Assembly (NCBI GenBank): GCA_037138355.1 | Contig: JBAXIL010000006.1 | Coordinates: forward strand, 1 to 59,345 | Source of the DNA: a bacterium | GTDB taxonomy: Bacteria; Oederibacteriota; PGYV01; Palsa-1178 | Length of the DNA stretch: 59,345 nucleotides | Reading direction: 5' to 3' | Shown: positions 30,527-44,118 of the stretch, piece by piece | Layout: each line of letters starts with the position of its first letter | How positions within the stretch are numbered: position 1 is the stretch's first letter | The notes under the pieces: model-generated | The model's input: the letters and a program-made list of their open reading frames with translations, nothing else | Databases searched by the model: none | What the model was told of the DNA's origin: nothing | Translations under genes and position numbers: made by a program

Positions 30527-30806
30527 AATGCCATACCGGACCCCTCTTCGAACACATCTCCCGATCTTAAGGTTTTAGGTTTAAGGCTCCAGCCAGGCTT
30601 ACTTGTAACACCTCTTAAAAACCTCTTACCGCTGCTTCCTTCCGGACCTGACGGGGTTCAAGAATTAAGAGTGCACAAGACCCGACTTTCAACGCCAAAA
30701 ACCACTCCATCATATCGGAAAAATGCCCTCGGAAGAGCCACTCGGCCCGGCTAAAGCGGATTGCCGGTACAGGGCACCGCTAGCTCCCCGCCTGAGGTAT
30801 GGCAAA
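30527..30806 (-). ncRNA. ffs: Signal recognition particle RNA, large (Alu-domain) bacterial type
   Basis: Minus strand carries the SRP core GUCAGGUCCGGAAGGAAGCAGC and a 5' Alu-like GGCGGGGAGCUAGCGGUGCCCUGUACCGGCAAUCCGC resembling Bacillus scRNA. Ends pair (UGCCAUAC/GUAUGGCA). About 280 nt, directly upstream of dnaX. Confidence 0.93.
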
Positions 30807-30978
30807 TATTTAATTTCAATAAAACTCCTATTTTATAAGGTATTTTATTGATTATTTGACTAATTGTTTTGTCAATTAATATCAACAAATATGATTATTT
30901 GTAAATTAAATCTTTGTAATTATATCACTAAAGGATACAAAAATCCACATTAAAGCCGAAAATTCATAATTAAATGAT

Positions 30979-32841
30979 TTATATCTTATGTTTATTTTTT
31001 TCTTTTGAACTATATTTCATATATATAAATATTATTATCAATAAATATATAATTGACTGTATTATCCCAACCAATAAATTATCGCGAAAAGGAGGTAAGA
31101 ACCAAACAAGCCAGTGTGGTGCGTGCATGGATGCAAAAGCATAAAGCTTATCCTTGCTGGCAGCATAACGCAATGGTGGAACTACAAGTAATAACCAAGA
31201 AACAAAGAAAGATAAAACTGCTATGAGCTTAAAGATTTTTGTTTTAATAAAAGAATTTGAACTTAAAAAATATATTCCATAATAAATTAATACAGGTATT
31301 ATTGGTATGAGCTGTCTGGCAGGTGTCATAGAGCCAGTCCAATCTTCCCATAAAAGAAAAAGAATTAGATAAGGGACACACAATAATAATGGAATCAATT
31401 TGGTAAACTGTTTTTTATTAAGGACTGAAATAATTCCCCAGAAAGATAAAACATAAAACAAACAATATGGCAAAAGACCATAATCTCTATCAAAAAATGC
31501 TGCTAAAGCGGATGTCACAAAATGAAAAGGATTAATTACAAACTTATTTACCTGCATTGTTGGAATTGCTGAATAGATATTTTCATGAAGTGCTTTTAAT
31601 CCAAAAGGTGCAATAATTCCATATACCGCATAATAATACCAAACATATAAACCCGCAGACACTAATACGAACAAATTATTTATGAACTCAGTTTTTAAAT
31701 TAAAACTTTTATTTTTTATGACTAAATAATAATAATAACAATAAAAAACTACTGGAAATATAATTAGTTTTACATGAAGCCATGGCATAAAAGCCATTGC
31801 TGCAAAAAATAATAAATTTCTCTTTCCAATAGTTTTACCTAAGAGTGTGTAAACACAAAAAGCCACAAGTAAGGCCGCTGGTATTTCAGTTAATATTAAA
31901 GACGCCCCAGCAAGTAAAGGCATAGCCATACCTGCTGACATGGCTGCAATTGCAGAAAAATTAGGAGCAATACCTAATCTTAAGAGCATCAAATAAAGCA
32001 TGACACATAAAAGTGCTGCCAAAAAATTTACAAGCAGTTGTGTTGGATATCTTCCACCTATTTTTACAAAAGGAGCAATCAAAAAAGAAAGCCCAACATC
32101 GTGTGTGGTATAAACTCCAGTTCCATTATTTCCTTTGATTGTATGCAATCCTTTGTAATCAAGTGCTACAGGATATAAACCCTCATAATTTTTCTTTTCA
32201 GTATAATTATTTTCAAGATTAAAATCAAAATCAGCTGCTATGGACTGTGCCACTATGAGATAGTGTGGTTCGTCTCCTGTGGGAGGATATACAAAAGTAA
32301 CAAAGGAAGTGGTAAGTACATAAAAAATAAAGGCAAAAAGAAATATATGTTTGACCGATTCTTTTTCTAAGTTATTTTTTCTAAAACTATAAAAACTCAT
32401 TATGAATCTGATTGCCATAATAAACACAACTGCCAACCATACTGCGCCAACTGCACTAATTAAGAAAAAGCTTGCCATATTGACATGTGTGTAACCATGA
32501 AATGGAATATATATATTTCCAAGTACTTCAGGAGTTAATAAACTTAATTTTAAATAGTATTTCACATAAACAAACAATGCAAAAATCAATACTAAAGGAA
32601 TTGAAAAAATCCATCCATTTATTCCATACTCTCTATCACTTTTATTATTAAAAATCACCGTAAATAACTTTGTAAAAACATGCATTGCCAGTAATGAAAT
32701 TATTGCAAAACTTATGCAATAAATATTTACTGTAAGTTTACTAATCTCTGATTTGATACCAAACATAGCAAGATACACTATAAGCCCAGTCAAAACACCT
32801 GAGGTAACAGCAATAATGCTTGGAAAAATCGTTTTTCTCAC
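30979..32841 (-). CDS. GT-C-fold multi-pass membrane glycosyltransferase
   Basis: Many TM helices; luminal PTGDEPHY motif; PWLHVK; DRDYGLL; PARQLIP. Confidence 0.7.
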   Translation of the reverse strand: MRKTIFPSIIAVTSGVLTGLIVYLAMFGIKSEISKLTVNIYCISFAIISLLAMHVFTKLFTVIFNNKSDREYGINGWIFSIPLVLIFALFVYVKYYLKLSLLTPEVLGNIYIPFHGYTHVNMASFFLISAVGAVWLAVVFIMAIRFIMSFYSFRKNNLEKESVKHIFLFAFIFYVLTTSFVTFVYPPTGDEPHYLIVAQSIAADFDFNLENNYTEKKNYEGLYPVALDYKGLHTIKGNNGTGVYTTHDVGLSFLIAPFVKIGGRYPTQLLVNFLAALLCVMLYLMLLRLGIAPNFSAIAAMSAGMAMPLLAGASLILTEIPAALLVAFCVYTLLGKTIGKRNLLFFAAMAFMPWLHVKLIIFPVVFYCYYYYLVIKNKSFNLKTEFINNLFVLVSAGLYVWYYYAVYGIIAPFGLKALHENIYSAIPTMQVNKFVINPFHFVTSALAAFFDRDYGLLPYCLFYVLSFWGIISVLNKKQFTKLIPLLLCVPYLILFLLWEDWTGSMTPARQLIPIIPVLIYYGIYFLSSNSFIKTKIFKLIAVLSFFVSWLLLVVPPLRYAASKDKLYAFASMHAPHWLVWFLPPFRDNLLVGIIQSIIYLLIIIFIYMKYSSKEKNKHKI

Positions 32842-32865
32842 TTTTGCTCCATTTATATGGCCTTT

Positions 32866-34242
32866 TTAATGCAAAAATACCGCTAAAACTGCCTTAAAGG
32901 CCATTTTGATATCATTCCAACTACGCAGTTTCAAAACCCTTTTAAATAAGTAAGAAGGTCTATGATAAAACATTTTAAATACTTTTTTATAATATTCTTC
33001 TATCTTTTCTTGGCTTATAGTTGGAAGCTTCATAAGCATATTTGATAAATCATATTTTGCCCAGTCCTGTGATGTTAAATAACCATTTTCTTTTGCCCAC
33101 GAAAACATTTGTGTACCTGGAAATGGAGTTGTAACATTAAAAAGCGCTATATCAGGATCAAGCTCAATGGCAAACTTTATGGTTTTCAATATTGTTTCTT
33201 CTGTTTCTCCTGGATTACCGAGCATAAAAGTAGTTCGGCATTCAATTCCTATTTTTTTTGTCATTTTTACTACTTCAATTGCTTTTTGACGATTAATTTT
33301 TTTATTTATATTTTTTAGTATCTCATCACTTCCTGATTCAATACCATACATAACTTGATGACAACCCGCCTTTTTCATATGCAAAAGCGTTTCTTCATCT
33401 ATTGTATCAACTCTTGAAAAACACACCCAGGAAATATCTATTTTTTCACTAATTATCCTATTACAAAACTCTTTTACTTTATTTCTATAAGTTGTGAAGG
33501 TGTCATCATAAAAAAGTATCTCTTTAATACCAAAATCACGCTGTAGCATTTTAATTTCATTTATTAGGTAATCAACAGAGTGCATTCTTACTTGTCCTCC
33601 TAAAAATGAACCAAAACAATAAGTGCATTTACCAGGACAACCGCGCGTGGCTAACATGCTTATCGCAGGAAGTCTTTTATAAGAACCAAGAGTAGGAATA
33701 TATTTTGTAACTGGAAGTTTTTTATAAGCTGGTACTGGCAAAGTATCAAGATTATGTATAAGTGTTGAATCAGGATTATGAATTATTTTTCCATTTTCTC
33801 TATAAGACATACCTGTGATTGTTTTTATATCCTGTCCCATTAAAAATTTGTAAAATGATTCTTCCCCTTCTCCCCTTATAACAAAATCTATGTATTCTCT
33901 TGAAAGCACATCTTCAGGCAAAACTGTCGGATGAACCCCACCAAAAATAATTTTTGCTTGTGGAAACTTTTCTCTACACTTTGCTGCAATTTCATAACCA
34001 TTCATTACAGCACTTGTCATAGAAGTTATTCCAATTATGTCTGGCGAACCTTCAATACGATTCACCTGTTGTGAGGCATCACCAGGTTCCACATTCATAT
34101 CAATTATAGTAGAATCTATTTCTTTCGATTCCAAATATGACGCTAAATACGCAAGCCCCAGAGGGGGCATGCTCCCTTGTATTTTAGTCCATATATTTTC
34201 TTTCCTTGCAGTCTGAAAAGGATTTATTAAAATAATATTCAT
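32866..34242 (-). CDS. Cobalamin-binding radical SAM protein
   Basis: PPLGLAYLAS, GGVHPT, RGEGE, TRGCPGKCTYC, FYDDTFT, GIESGS, PFPGT. Likely start MNIILINP (track start 34278). Confidence 0.9.
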   Translation of the reverse strand: MNIILINPFQTARKENIWTKIQGSMPPLGLAYLASYLESKEIDSTIIDMNVEPGDASQQVNRIEGSPDIIGITSMTSAVMNGYEIAAKCREKFPQAKIIFGGVHPTVLPEDVLSREYIDFVIRGEGEESFYKFLMGQDIKTITGMSYRENGKIIHNPDSTLIHNLDTLPVPAYKKLPVTKYIPTLGSYKRLPAISMLATRGCPGKCTYCFGSFLGGQVRMHSVDYLINEIKMLQRDFGIKEILFYDDTFTTYRNKVKEFCNRIISEKIDISWVCFSRVDTIDEETLLHMKKAGCHQVMYGIESGSDEILKNINKKINRQKAIEVVKMTKKIGIECRTTFMLGNPGETEETILKTIKFAIELDPDIALFNVTTPFPGTQMFSWAKENGYLTSQDWAKYDLSNMLMKLPTISQEKIEEYYKKVFKMFYHRPSYLFKRVLKLRSWNDIKMAFKAVLAVFLH

Positions 34243-34282
34243 TTTTTCTTCTTTCATTACTATATTCAATTCATACATACAT

Positions 34283-35002
34283 TTATTTATTTTTATCTTC
34301 CGTTTTTATTTCCTGTTTTTGTTTATCTCTAAAAAAATCCCAAGATTTTCCGCTTAAGACATAAACTTTTGTTTTTCTTCTTCCCCAACTCAATGCTTCT
34401 TTTGTTGTATTATAACAAAGATCTATTCTTTTTCCTTTTATGTCTCCTCCTGTGTCTCCTGCCCAAGCAAAACCATATCCTTCAACAAATATTAAGGAAC
34501 GAAGAGCAATTACTTTTGGATCCACAGCCGCTATGCCATATCTGGTATGCCAGCCAAGAGCTGTAATTCCAGCCCATTCAAGGCTATTTGATTCAGGAGA
34601 TGGATCATAAGCAGTAGCCACCATATCATAAGTATAATGCGCATAACTTTCCTTTGGTACTGTAACAGGATTGGAGGATTTAGCTGTCCCTTTAATTAAG
34701 TAAGCATTGATTGGTTTTTTTATAACTTCACTTTCATATATTGACTTACTCTGTATTTCATTGCCAAATACAGTTATTTTCTTCATTACTGAGTTTTTGT
34801 ACCCATCTTGTCCTTCTTTTAGCCATATTTTCCAACCATTTTGTACGAATCTGCTCTGCTTGGTTTTGATTTGATATGGGATTTTTTCTTTTCCTATTAT
34901 ATACCTTTCCAAAGCACCAAAAGCACACACCGCAAATATTACCCAAACAATCACTATAGTTCCTATCATTATTTTCAGTTTACCTGTATTTATTAAATAC
35001 AT
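34283..35002 (-). CDS. Membrane-anchored 3D-domain (MltA/Sps-like) cell-wall enzyme with G5-like linker
   Basis: ATAY, GIAAVDPKVI.L...VEGYG.A.AGDTGGDIKGKRIDL...WGRR; N-terminal TM helix. Confidence 0.88.
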   Translation of the reverse strand: MYLINTGKLKIMIGTIVIVWVIFAVCAFGALERYIIGKEKIPYQIKTKQSRFVQNGWKIWLKEGQDGYKNSVMKKITVFGNEIQSKSIYESEVIKKPINAYLIKGTAKSSNPVTVPKESYAHYTYDMVATAYDPSPESNSLEWAGITALGWHTRYGIAAVDPKVIALRSLIFVEGYGFAWAGDTGGDIKGKRIDLCYNTTKEALSWGRRKTKVYVLSGKSWDFFRDKQKQEIKTEDKNK

Positions 35003-35094
35003 AAATTAATCCTTTTATTAAAATGCAGAAATTGATGTTTAATATTATTAGAAATGTTTTGTTTAGATTGGCGGCCTTGTATTTCTTTACTCAT
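34993..35094 (-). CDS. Putative 33-aa small protein
   Basis: Perfect AGGAGG (35100-35105) 5 nt before ATG; MSKEIQGRQSKQNISNNIKHQFLHFNKRINLCI*; stop overlaps the 5' end of the 3D gene. Confidence 0.4.
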   Translation of the reverse strand: MSKEIQGRQSKQNISNNIKHQFLHFNKRINLCI

Positions 35095-35119
35095 ATACGC
35101 CTCCTGCTATTTAGGCCGT

Positions 35120-35779
35120 TTAGAAAAGGGCTTGTATTTTTTTAAAACTTAATTGCCTAAAATCATTTACTCTTAAATCTGCACCAGTAATCATATGACT
35201 TTTGTCCCTATTTATTGCCACACATTTTATTTTTGCATTGACTGCCGCGTCTATACCTATTTGAGCATCTTCAAAAACAATACATTCTGAAGGTTTAAGT
35301 TTCAATTTTTTTGCGGCTATTAAAAATATATCAGGATGAGGTTTCCCTTTTTTTAGAAGACCACCTTCAACTTCAGCGTCAAAATGTGGATAAATTTTTA
35401 CTTTTTTTAAAATTGGTCCAGCATTTTTACTCGAAGACGCCATGGCAAGTTTTATTCCTTTTTTCTTAAGTAATTTAATGAAAGCGACTGTGGTTTTAAA
35501 TATTTTGATATTTCCTGTGTTTAATATTCTTTCAAAATGTTTTTGCTTTTCTTCACATACTTCTTTTATTTGTTTTTCCGTTGCCTCTGGTAATATAGTT
35601 TTTGCACCAAAGGCTCTTGGTTTACCATCTATTTTTGATTTAAAATCTTTAAAGGTAAAAGTTTTACCGTATTTTTTAAAAACTATTTCCCATGATTTAT
35701 GATGTATGTGGGCTGTGTCAACAATAACTCCATCCACATCAAATATTGCACCTTTGAATTCATGTTTACTGCTACTCAT
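35120..35779 (-). CDS. HAD hydrolase, beta-phosphoglucomutase-like
   Basis: IFDVDGVIVDTA, ASSSKNA, GKPHPDIFL.AA, VFEDA. Confidence 0.88.
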   Translation of the reverse strand: MSSSKHEFKGAIFDVDGVIVDTAHIHHKSWEIVFKKYGKTFTFKDFKSKIDGKPRAFGAKTILPEATEKQIKEVCEEKQKHFERILNTGNIKIFKTTVAFIKLLKKKGIKLAMASSSKNAGPILKKVKIYPHFDAEVEGGLLKKGKPHPDIFLIAAKKLKLKPSECIVFEDAQIGIDAAVNAKIKCVAINRDKSHMITGADLRVNDFRQLSFKKIQALF

Positions 35780-35816
35780 TCCTAACTCCATTTGTTCATA
35801 ATTATTTTTTACCAGA

Positions 35817-38447
<2,631 letters not shown>

Positions 38448-38702
38448 TTAATTTCCTCCTGAATTTTCCATATTAAGTCTTTGAATCAATTTCCCAGCTG
38501 ATATCTTAGAATAATAAATAAGCGGATCTCTCCGCTTTTTCACTAAAACAAAACTTTTATTCTTCTCTGATATATTTCTTAATCTAAACTTGCTTTTAAA
38601 GCTTTCCAAAAACATATTATTACTTTCCACATTACTAAAAATCCCTATAATGTCTTGGGAATTTAAAACAAGGTCTCCGCCAATATGCAGAGGTTTAATC
38701 AC
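38448..38702 (-). CDS. DUF370/RemB-like protein
   Basis: LHIGGD.V....DIIGIF...KSFVL...IYYSKISA..L.QR; usual position directly upstream of gyrB. Confidence 0.75.
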   Translation of the reverse strand: MIKPLHIGGDLVLNSQDIIGIFSNVESNNMFLESFKSKFRLRNISEKNKSFVLVKKRRDPLIYYSKISAGKLIQRLNMENSGGN

Positions 38703-38980
38703 TGTCTCATCCTTGCAATTATTTCCTTTACTGTTTCTTTCTTAAAATATGCGTTAATTCTGTTTTTCAAAAGCCTCTTTTTATAGGTAATTTCACTCAT
38801 TATTACGCTATTTTCAGCATAAAGAAAAAGCTTCTTTTTATCATATTTAAAAGGCATTGTTCCTTTTGCAAGGTCACCGGCTATTTTTTCCCAGTTATCC
38901 TTCATAATATCGCCTTCATCTACTTTATCTATCTTGTTTTTATTTACAAACTTTTCAATCAAATCCTTTATATTATCCAT
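38699..38980 (-). CDS. DUF721/DciA-like replicative helicase loader
   Basis: W.KIAG.LA..T.P......L......S....E..Y.K..L..RIN......VKEI pattern; position upstream of gyrB. Confidence 0.7.
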   Translation of the reverse strand: MDNIKDLIEKFVNKNKIDKVDEGDIMKDNWEKIAGDLAKGTMPFKYDKKKLFLYAENSVIMSEITYKKRLLKNRINAYFKKETVKEIIARMRQ

Positions 38981-39012
38981 AAACACCGTCTTTCAAACTT
39001 TAAAATAATTTT

Positions 39013-40485
39013 TTAGGACTTTTTATCCTTATCATTAATTATTTTTTTTACTGGTTCATTGTTTTTTAATAATTTTTCATCTACTACTGTATTTTTCCCA
39101 GGTATAGATATTTTTTTATCATTTGTAATTTTATCTGCAGAAGCAAGTAAGTCTTTAACTGTAGGAAGACTTTCTCCTTTATGTTCAAATTCTTTTTTTA
39201 ACTTAATTAGTTCTTCGTTAATCGTTGCTTTACTTCTCTCAGCTATTTTCAAGGCATCTCGCATTTGTGATATCTCAGCATCTGCTTTTGAAGCTTCTCT
39301 TGAAAGTTCTTCTTCAAGTTCCTTTGACATTAAAGAAAGTTTTTCCGCTTTATCTTCTGAAGCATGTATTCTTCCACGCAAAATAATTAAAGAGTCGAGA
39401 AGTTTTTTGTATTCTCCCTTTTTAATTTTTGGAAGCATTTCTGTAAAGCTTTCTTCATCTATATGTGATAAAGCCTTAACTATTTTTTTAATAGGATAAA
39501 AAGGTTCGCCACTCAAAGCCAAAGCCCATATAAATCCAAGTATAATAACAATCAATAGCAGTATATAAGTAGGCACTCCATACTCATTTCCTAACAAGGC
39601 AGATTCAAAAACATTAATTTTTTTCTGCATAAACTTATAATCTGCATCTGGTGTAAAGATACATAAAATCAAATTAAGTGACTCAACTTTTCTATATGCA
39701 ATCAAACCTTTTAAATTATTATATTCAACAATTCTTATTTGGTTCTCCGCGCCAGCATCATTAATAATATCTTTGCCATCAGCAGCGGCTAACAGACTGT
39801 CTGTGTTTTCCCTATTAATATCGGAATTAAGCAACATTACTGCATTCGTATTTATAATAAAGTTCGTTCCTGTGGCGGACTGAGTGTTTTTTCTAATTAA
39901 AGCCGCTGCTACATCTGATGGTTCATTTACATAAAGGATTGCTACAGGTACTCCCTTTAAGTCATTTATAGGAATAAAATATTCAAAGCCACCTTTGAAC
40001 TTCTCGTCTATTGTGGTCTGTTTTGAAGACACGCTCTGTATAAAACCACTTTTAACTTTAAAATCAACTTTTTTAATAGAACTTTTTGTAGTACTTATTA
40101 CTGTTCCGTTTGGCATTAGCAAAGCTATTCCTGAATTAAAGTTTTTCGTAATTTTTGTAAACTGCACTTCTATTTTTCTTAAAAACGCTTTGTCAGAATA
40201 GTTTCCGCTTTTCAATAAAACATTCTCTGTAATTACAGAATACTTTTTTTCTATTAAACCCTTATCAAATACGCTTAATATTTTATATGCTTCATCTATT
40301 TTCCCAGTAAGTTGGGCCTTTACTACCTCTGTTTCCTTTTGATTTTCTGTCGTAACTATCTTCATCTGCATTAGATTTAGTTGATTAACTCTTTTATTAT
40401 CATAATAATAAAATAACAAAGTAGGAATAGTAAAAACTAATAAGCTTATTAAAATAATTTTTGTAAATAAACTATTTTTATTCAT
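39013..40485 (-). CDS. Two-TM membrane protein: Cache-like extracytoplasmic domain, HAMP-like linker, coiled coil, no recognisable output domain
   Basis: TM near aa 8-27 and about 305-325; PIKKIVKAL...EYKKLLDSL HAMP-like segment; heptad-rich tail. Confidence 0.55.
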   Translation of the reverse strand: MNKNSLFTKIILISLLVFTIPTLLFYYYDNKRVNQLNLMQMKIVTTENQKETEVVKAQLTGKIDEAYKILSVFDKGLIEKKYSVITENVLLKSGNYSDKAFLRKIEVQFTKITKNFNSGIALLMPNGTVISTTKSSIKKVDFKVKSGFIQSVSSKQTTIDEKFKGGFEYFIPINDLKGVPVAILYVNEPSDVAAALIRKNTQSATGTNFIINTNAVMLLNSDINRENTDSLLAAADGKDIINDAGAENQIRIVEYNNLKGLIAYRKVESLNLILCIFTPDADYKFMQKKINVFESALLGNEYGVPTYILLLIVIILGFIWALALSGEPFYPIKKIVKALSHIDEESFTEMLPKIKKGEYKKLLDSLIILRGRIHASEDKAEKLSLMSKELEEELSREASKADAEISQMRDALKIAERSKATINEELIKLKKEFEHKGESLPTVKDLLASADKITNDKKISIPGKNTVVDEKLLKNNEPVKKIINDKDKKS

Positions 40486-40533
40486 GTAGCAAATCCTCCT
40501 AAAAAGACGAACTCTATATTTTACTTCTCGTCT

Positions 40534-42993
40534 TTATTCTTCTACCTTCTCTTCCTCTTCTTCCATAACTATTGCTACAGCACCAACTCTTTCACCATCT
40601 TTAATCTTTATCAGGTGCACACCCTGTGTGTTTCTTCCTATTGTTTTGATGTCTTTGACTTTTGTCCTTATTAAATTGCCTTTTGTAGTAATAAGAATAA
40701 GCTCATCTACATCATTAACGAGTTTTATATCGACCACATTTCCTGTTTTGGCGGTTACTTTTACATTGATTAAACCTTTACCTCCGCGACTTTGCTCGCG
40801 ATATTCCTTTACTTTTGTCCTTTTACCAAATCCGTTTTCGGTAACAGTAAGTAAAGTAACATCATCACCTTTGTGCAGTACTGTCATTGAGATTACTTTA
40901 TCTTTTTTATTTAAATTAATTCCCCTGACGCCCATACCCGTTCTACCTATTTCACGAATATCTTTTGCGTCAAATCTTATAGCCTTACCTTCTGTTGTAG
41001 CTATAAATACCTGATCGTCTACTTTCGCAAGTTTTGTTTCTATAAGAGTATCTCCGTCACTTAGTCCGATTGCAATTATGCCACCAGCTCGTGGATTGGC
41101 AAATAAAGCAAGACTGGTTCTTTTCACCGTTCCATTGGCAGTAACCATAAGTAAGAATTGGTCTTCTTTAAACTCTTTGGCAGCCACATAAGAAGCGATT
41201 TTCTCGCCATCATCCATTTTTAACATACTGACTATAGCTTTACCTTTTGCCGTCCTTGCCGCTTCTGGTATCTCATAAACTTTTAACCAGTGGCAGCGTC
41301 CTTTAGAAGTAAAGAACATCATATAATCATGAGTGTTCGCTACAAAAATATCCTGAACAAAATCCTCGTCCATTGTGGTGACCGCGATTATTCCGCGCCC
41401 TCCGCGTTTTTGTGCTTTATATACTGAGGAAGATGTTCTTTTTATGAAACCTTTGTGAGTCATAGTGACTACCATGTCTTCATCTTGAACCATATCTTCT
41501 ATGGTTATTTCTTTTTCGCGAGCAATTATTTCTGTTCTTCTCTCGTCAGCAAATTTTGCTTTTATATCCATTAATTCTTTAACTATGAGAGCAAATATTT
41601 TCTTTTCGCTCGCAAGCAGTGCTTTTAAGTCTTCAATTATTTTTTTCAATTCAGCAAGTTCTTTTTCAAGTTTTTCAACTTCAAGCGCTGTCAACTGTTG
41701 TAATTTCATATCAAGAATTGCTTGTGCCTGTACTGGTGAAAGTTTAAAAGTAGTTATAAGACCTTCTCTCGCTGCTTCCACATTTTTTGATGCTCTTATT
41801 AATTTTATAACTCTATCTAAATATTTTAAAGCTATAAGAAGTCCTTCAAGTATATGCGCGCGTTTCTCTGCTTTATTTAATTCAAACTTAGTTCTTCTTA
41901 CTATTATTTCTTTTCTATATTCAATAAAGTTTTCTAATATTTCTTTTAATGTTAAAGTTTTAGGTCTGCCATTAACCAGAGCCAACATATTCACACCAAA
42001 AGAAGTTCTCATAACAGTGTGTTTGTATAATTGATTTAAAACAACTTCAGCATTATCATTTCTTGAAATTTCAATAACTGCTCTTACTCCGTCCTTGTCG
42101 GACTCATCGCGTAGGTCTGATATTCCTTCTATCTTTTTTTCTCTGACGAGTTCTGCTATGGTTTCTATCAGTTGTGCTTTATTTACCATATATGGTAATT
42201 CTGTAATTACTATCTGTTGTTTTCCTTTTTTTGTTTCTTCTATTTTTGCTTTTGCCTGCATTACTATGGAACCACGACCTGTTTCATAAGCTTTTTTTAT
42301 GCCGTCTTTACCTATTATGTATCCTGCTGTAGGAAAATCAGGACCTGGCATTATCTTTATAAGTTCTTCTACTTTTATATTAGCGCCTTTATTATTAATG
42401 ATATAGATAACCGCGTCTATTACTTCTCCTAAATTATGTGGAGGTATATTTGTTGCCATACCCACAGCAATACCCGTAGAACCATTTACGAGAAGATTTG
42501 GAAAACCTACTGGAAATATGGAAGGTTCTTTACTTGATTCGTCATAAGTAGGAACAAAATCGACAGTATTTTTATCAAGGTCTTTAATCATTTCTTCAGT
42601 AATCTTGTGCATTCTGGCTTCGGTATAACGCATTGCAGCTGGCGGATCTCCGTCAACAGAACCAAAGTTACCCTGTCCATCAATTAAAGGCATTCTAAAG
42701 GTAAAGGTCTGCGCCATTCTAACCATTGCTTCATATATAGAAGAATCGCCGTGAGGGTGATAATTACCCATAACTTCTCCGACAATTTTCGCTGACTTTC
42801 TATAAGGTCTTCCATAATATAAGCCCATATCATAAACCGTATATAAAATTCTTCTTTGAACCGGTTTTAAACCATCTCTTATATCTGGAAGGGCTCTTCC
42901 TACTATAACGCTCATTGAATAATCAAGATAAGATGTTTGCATCTCGTCTTCTATCGTGGTAATCCTTATCTGTGAAGTTAGTTTTTCCTGCAT
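40534..42993 (-). CDS. gyrA: DNA gyrase subunit A
   Basis: [35 protein letters not shown], GyrA box QKRGGRG. Confidence 0.99.
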   Translation of the reverse strand: MQEKLTSQIRITTIEDEMQTSYLDYSMSVIVGRALPDIRDGLKPVQRRILYTVYDMGLYYGRPYRKSAKIVGEVMGNYHPHGDSSIYEAMVRMAQTFTFRMPLIDGQGNFGSVDGDPPAAMRYTEARMHKITEEMIKDLDKNTVDFVPTYDESSKEPSIFPVGFPNLLVNGSTGIAVGMATNIPPHNLGEVIDAVIYIINNKGANIKVEELIKIMPGPDFPTAGYIIGKDGIKKAYETGRGSIVMQAKAKIEETKKGKQQIVITELPYMVNKAQLIETIAELVREKKIEGISDLRDESDKDGVRAVIEISRNDNAEVVLNQLYKHTVMRTSFGVNMLALVNGRPKTLTLKEILENFIEYRKEIIVRRTKFELNKAEKRAHILEGLLIALKYLDRVIKLIRASKNVEAAREGLITTFKLSPVQAQAILDMKLQQLTALEVEKLEKELAELKKIIEDLKALLASEKKIFALIVKELMDIKAKFADERRTEIIAREKEITIEDMVQDEDMVVTMTHKGFIKRTSSSVYKAQKRGGRGIIAVTTMDEDFVQDIFVANTHDYMMFFTSKGRCHWLKVYEIPEAARTAKGKAIVSMLKMDDGEKIASYVAAKEFKEDQFLLMVTANGTVKRTSLALFANPRAGGIIAIGLSDGDTLIETKLAKVDDQVFIATTEGKAIRFDAKDIREIGRTGMGVRGINLNKKDKVISMTVLHKGDDVTLLTVTENGFGKRTKVKEYREQSRGGKGLINVKVTAKTGNVVDIKLVNDVDELILITTKGNLIRTKVKDIKTIGRNTQGVHLIKIKDGERVGAVAIVMEEEEEKVEE

Positions 42994-43011
42994 ATTATGC
43001 TTTTTCTCCTA

Positions 43012-44118
43012 TTATTTTCTGATTGGCATTACAACATAAAGGAAATCATCATTGCCTTTTCCTTTGATTATGCCTGGATTCATAGTGCTGATAAGTTTAA
43101 TTTCTATGGTGTCTGATTCTATTACTTTTAATACATCCATAATGTAGGCTGCATTGTAAGAAACTTCAATAGGTTCTCCATCATATTTTATATCTATTTC
43201 TTCAAGTGCCTCTCCTTCATCTGGTGATTGTGCATTAATTATTAATTTATTTTTTTCTAATTTCATTATTACTATTTTTGATTTGTCGCTTGTGATAGTA
43301 GCCGCTCTTCTGATTGCAGAAGCAAAATCTTCTTTATTAACAAATGCTTCCATATGAAACTCTTTTGGAATTACCTGATTATAGTTTGGGTAATTTTCAT
43401 CAATAATTCTTGAAACTATTTCCATATTATCTAATTGAAATGAAATTACTTTTTCATAAAAATTCATTGTAATTTCTTTAGTATCATCATCAGATAAAAC
43501 TTTAACTATTTCATTTATAGTTTTTAGAGGAATTATGTAATCACACTTTGTTTTAACACCTGTTTTAATTTCTGCTTTGTAATAAGCAAGTCTATGAGCG
43601 TCAGTAGCCACTGCTTCTATTTTATTTCCTTCAAATTTAAAAAATACTCCATTTAAATTTCTTTTTGTAGTATCTTTTAAAGCAGCATAATACATTTTTG
43701 CTATTATATCTTTTAAAAGTCTTTGTGACATTTTTACAGTGTCTAATTTTTTATCATCAAGTTGAAGAAAAGGAAAATCTTCAGCAGGAAGTCCATTTAT
43801 TTTATAAGAAGCTTTTTTACACTGTACTTTTGTATTATCATTTTTATCAGTGTCTATTTTTATTTCATCATCTGGAAACTCTTTAATTAAAGCTATTATT
43901 TTTTTAGGAATTGTTGTTTTCCCTGGTCTTTCTATTTTATCTACCTTACATTTAATCTTTATACTTATATCCATATCTGTTGCTGATAAATAAAGAAATT
44001 CATTATCTACTTCAAAAAGTATGTTTGATAAAAGTGGTAAAGTAGAACCTGTAGAAATAAAAAATTGTGCAATTTGAAGCGAATCTAAAATCTCCGACCT
44101 TTTTGTTGTAAACTTCAT
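43012..44118 (-). CDS. dnaN: DNA polymerase III beta clamp
   Basis: LPLLSNIL, ATDMD, ATDAHRLA, YPNYNQVIP, YVVMPIR. Confidence 0.97.
   Translation of the reverse strand: MKFTTKRSEILDSLQIAQFFISTGSTLPLLSNILFEVDNEFLYLSATDMDISIKIKCKVDKIERPGKTTIPKKIIALIKEFPDDEIKIDTDKNDNTKVQCKKASYKINGLPAEDFPFLQLDDKKLDTVKMSQRLLKDIIAKMYYAALKDTTKRNLNGVFFKFEGNKIEAVATDAHRLAYYKAEIKTGVKTKCDYIIPLKTINEIVKVLSDDDTKEITMNFYEKVISFQLDNMEIVSRIIDENYPNYNQVIPKEFHMEAFVNKEDFASAIRRAATITSDKSKIVIMKLEKNKLIINAQSPDEGEALEEIDIKYDGEPIEVSYNAAYIMDVLKVIESDTIEIKLISTMNPGIIKGKGNDDFLYVVMPIRK

Noticed and set aside
30527..30806. Riboswitch or novel ncRNA upstream of dnaX
   Set aside because: Fully explained by the SRP RNA.
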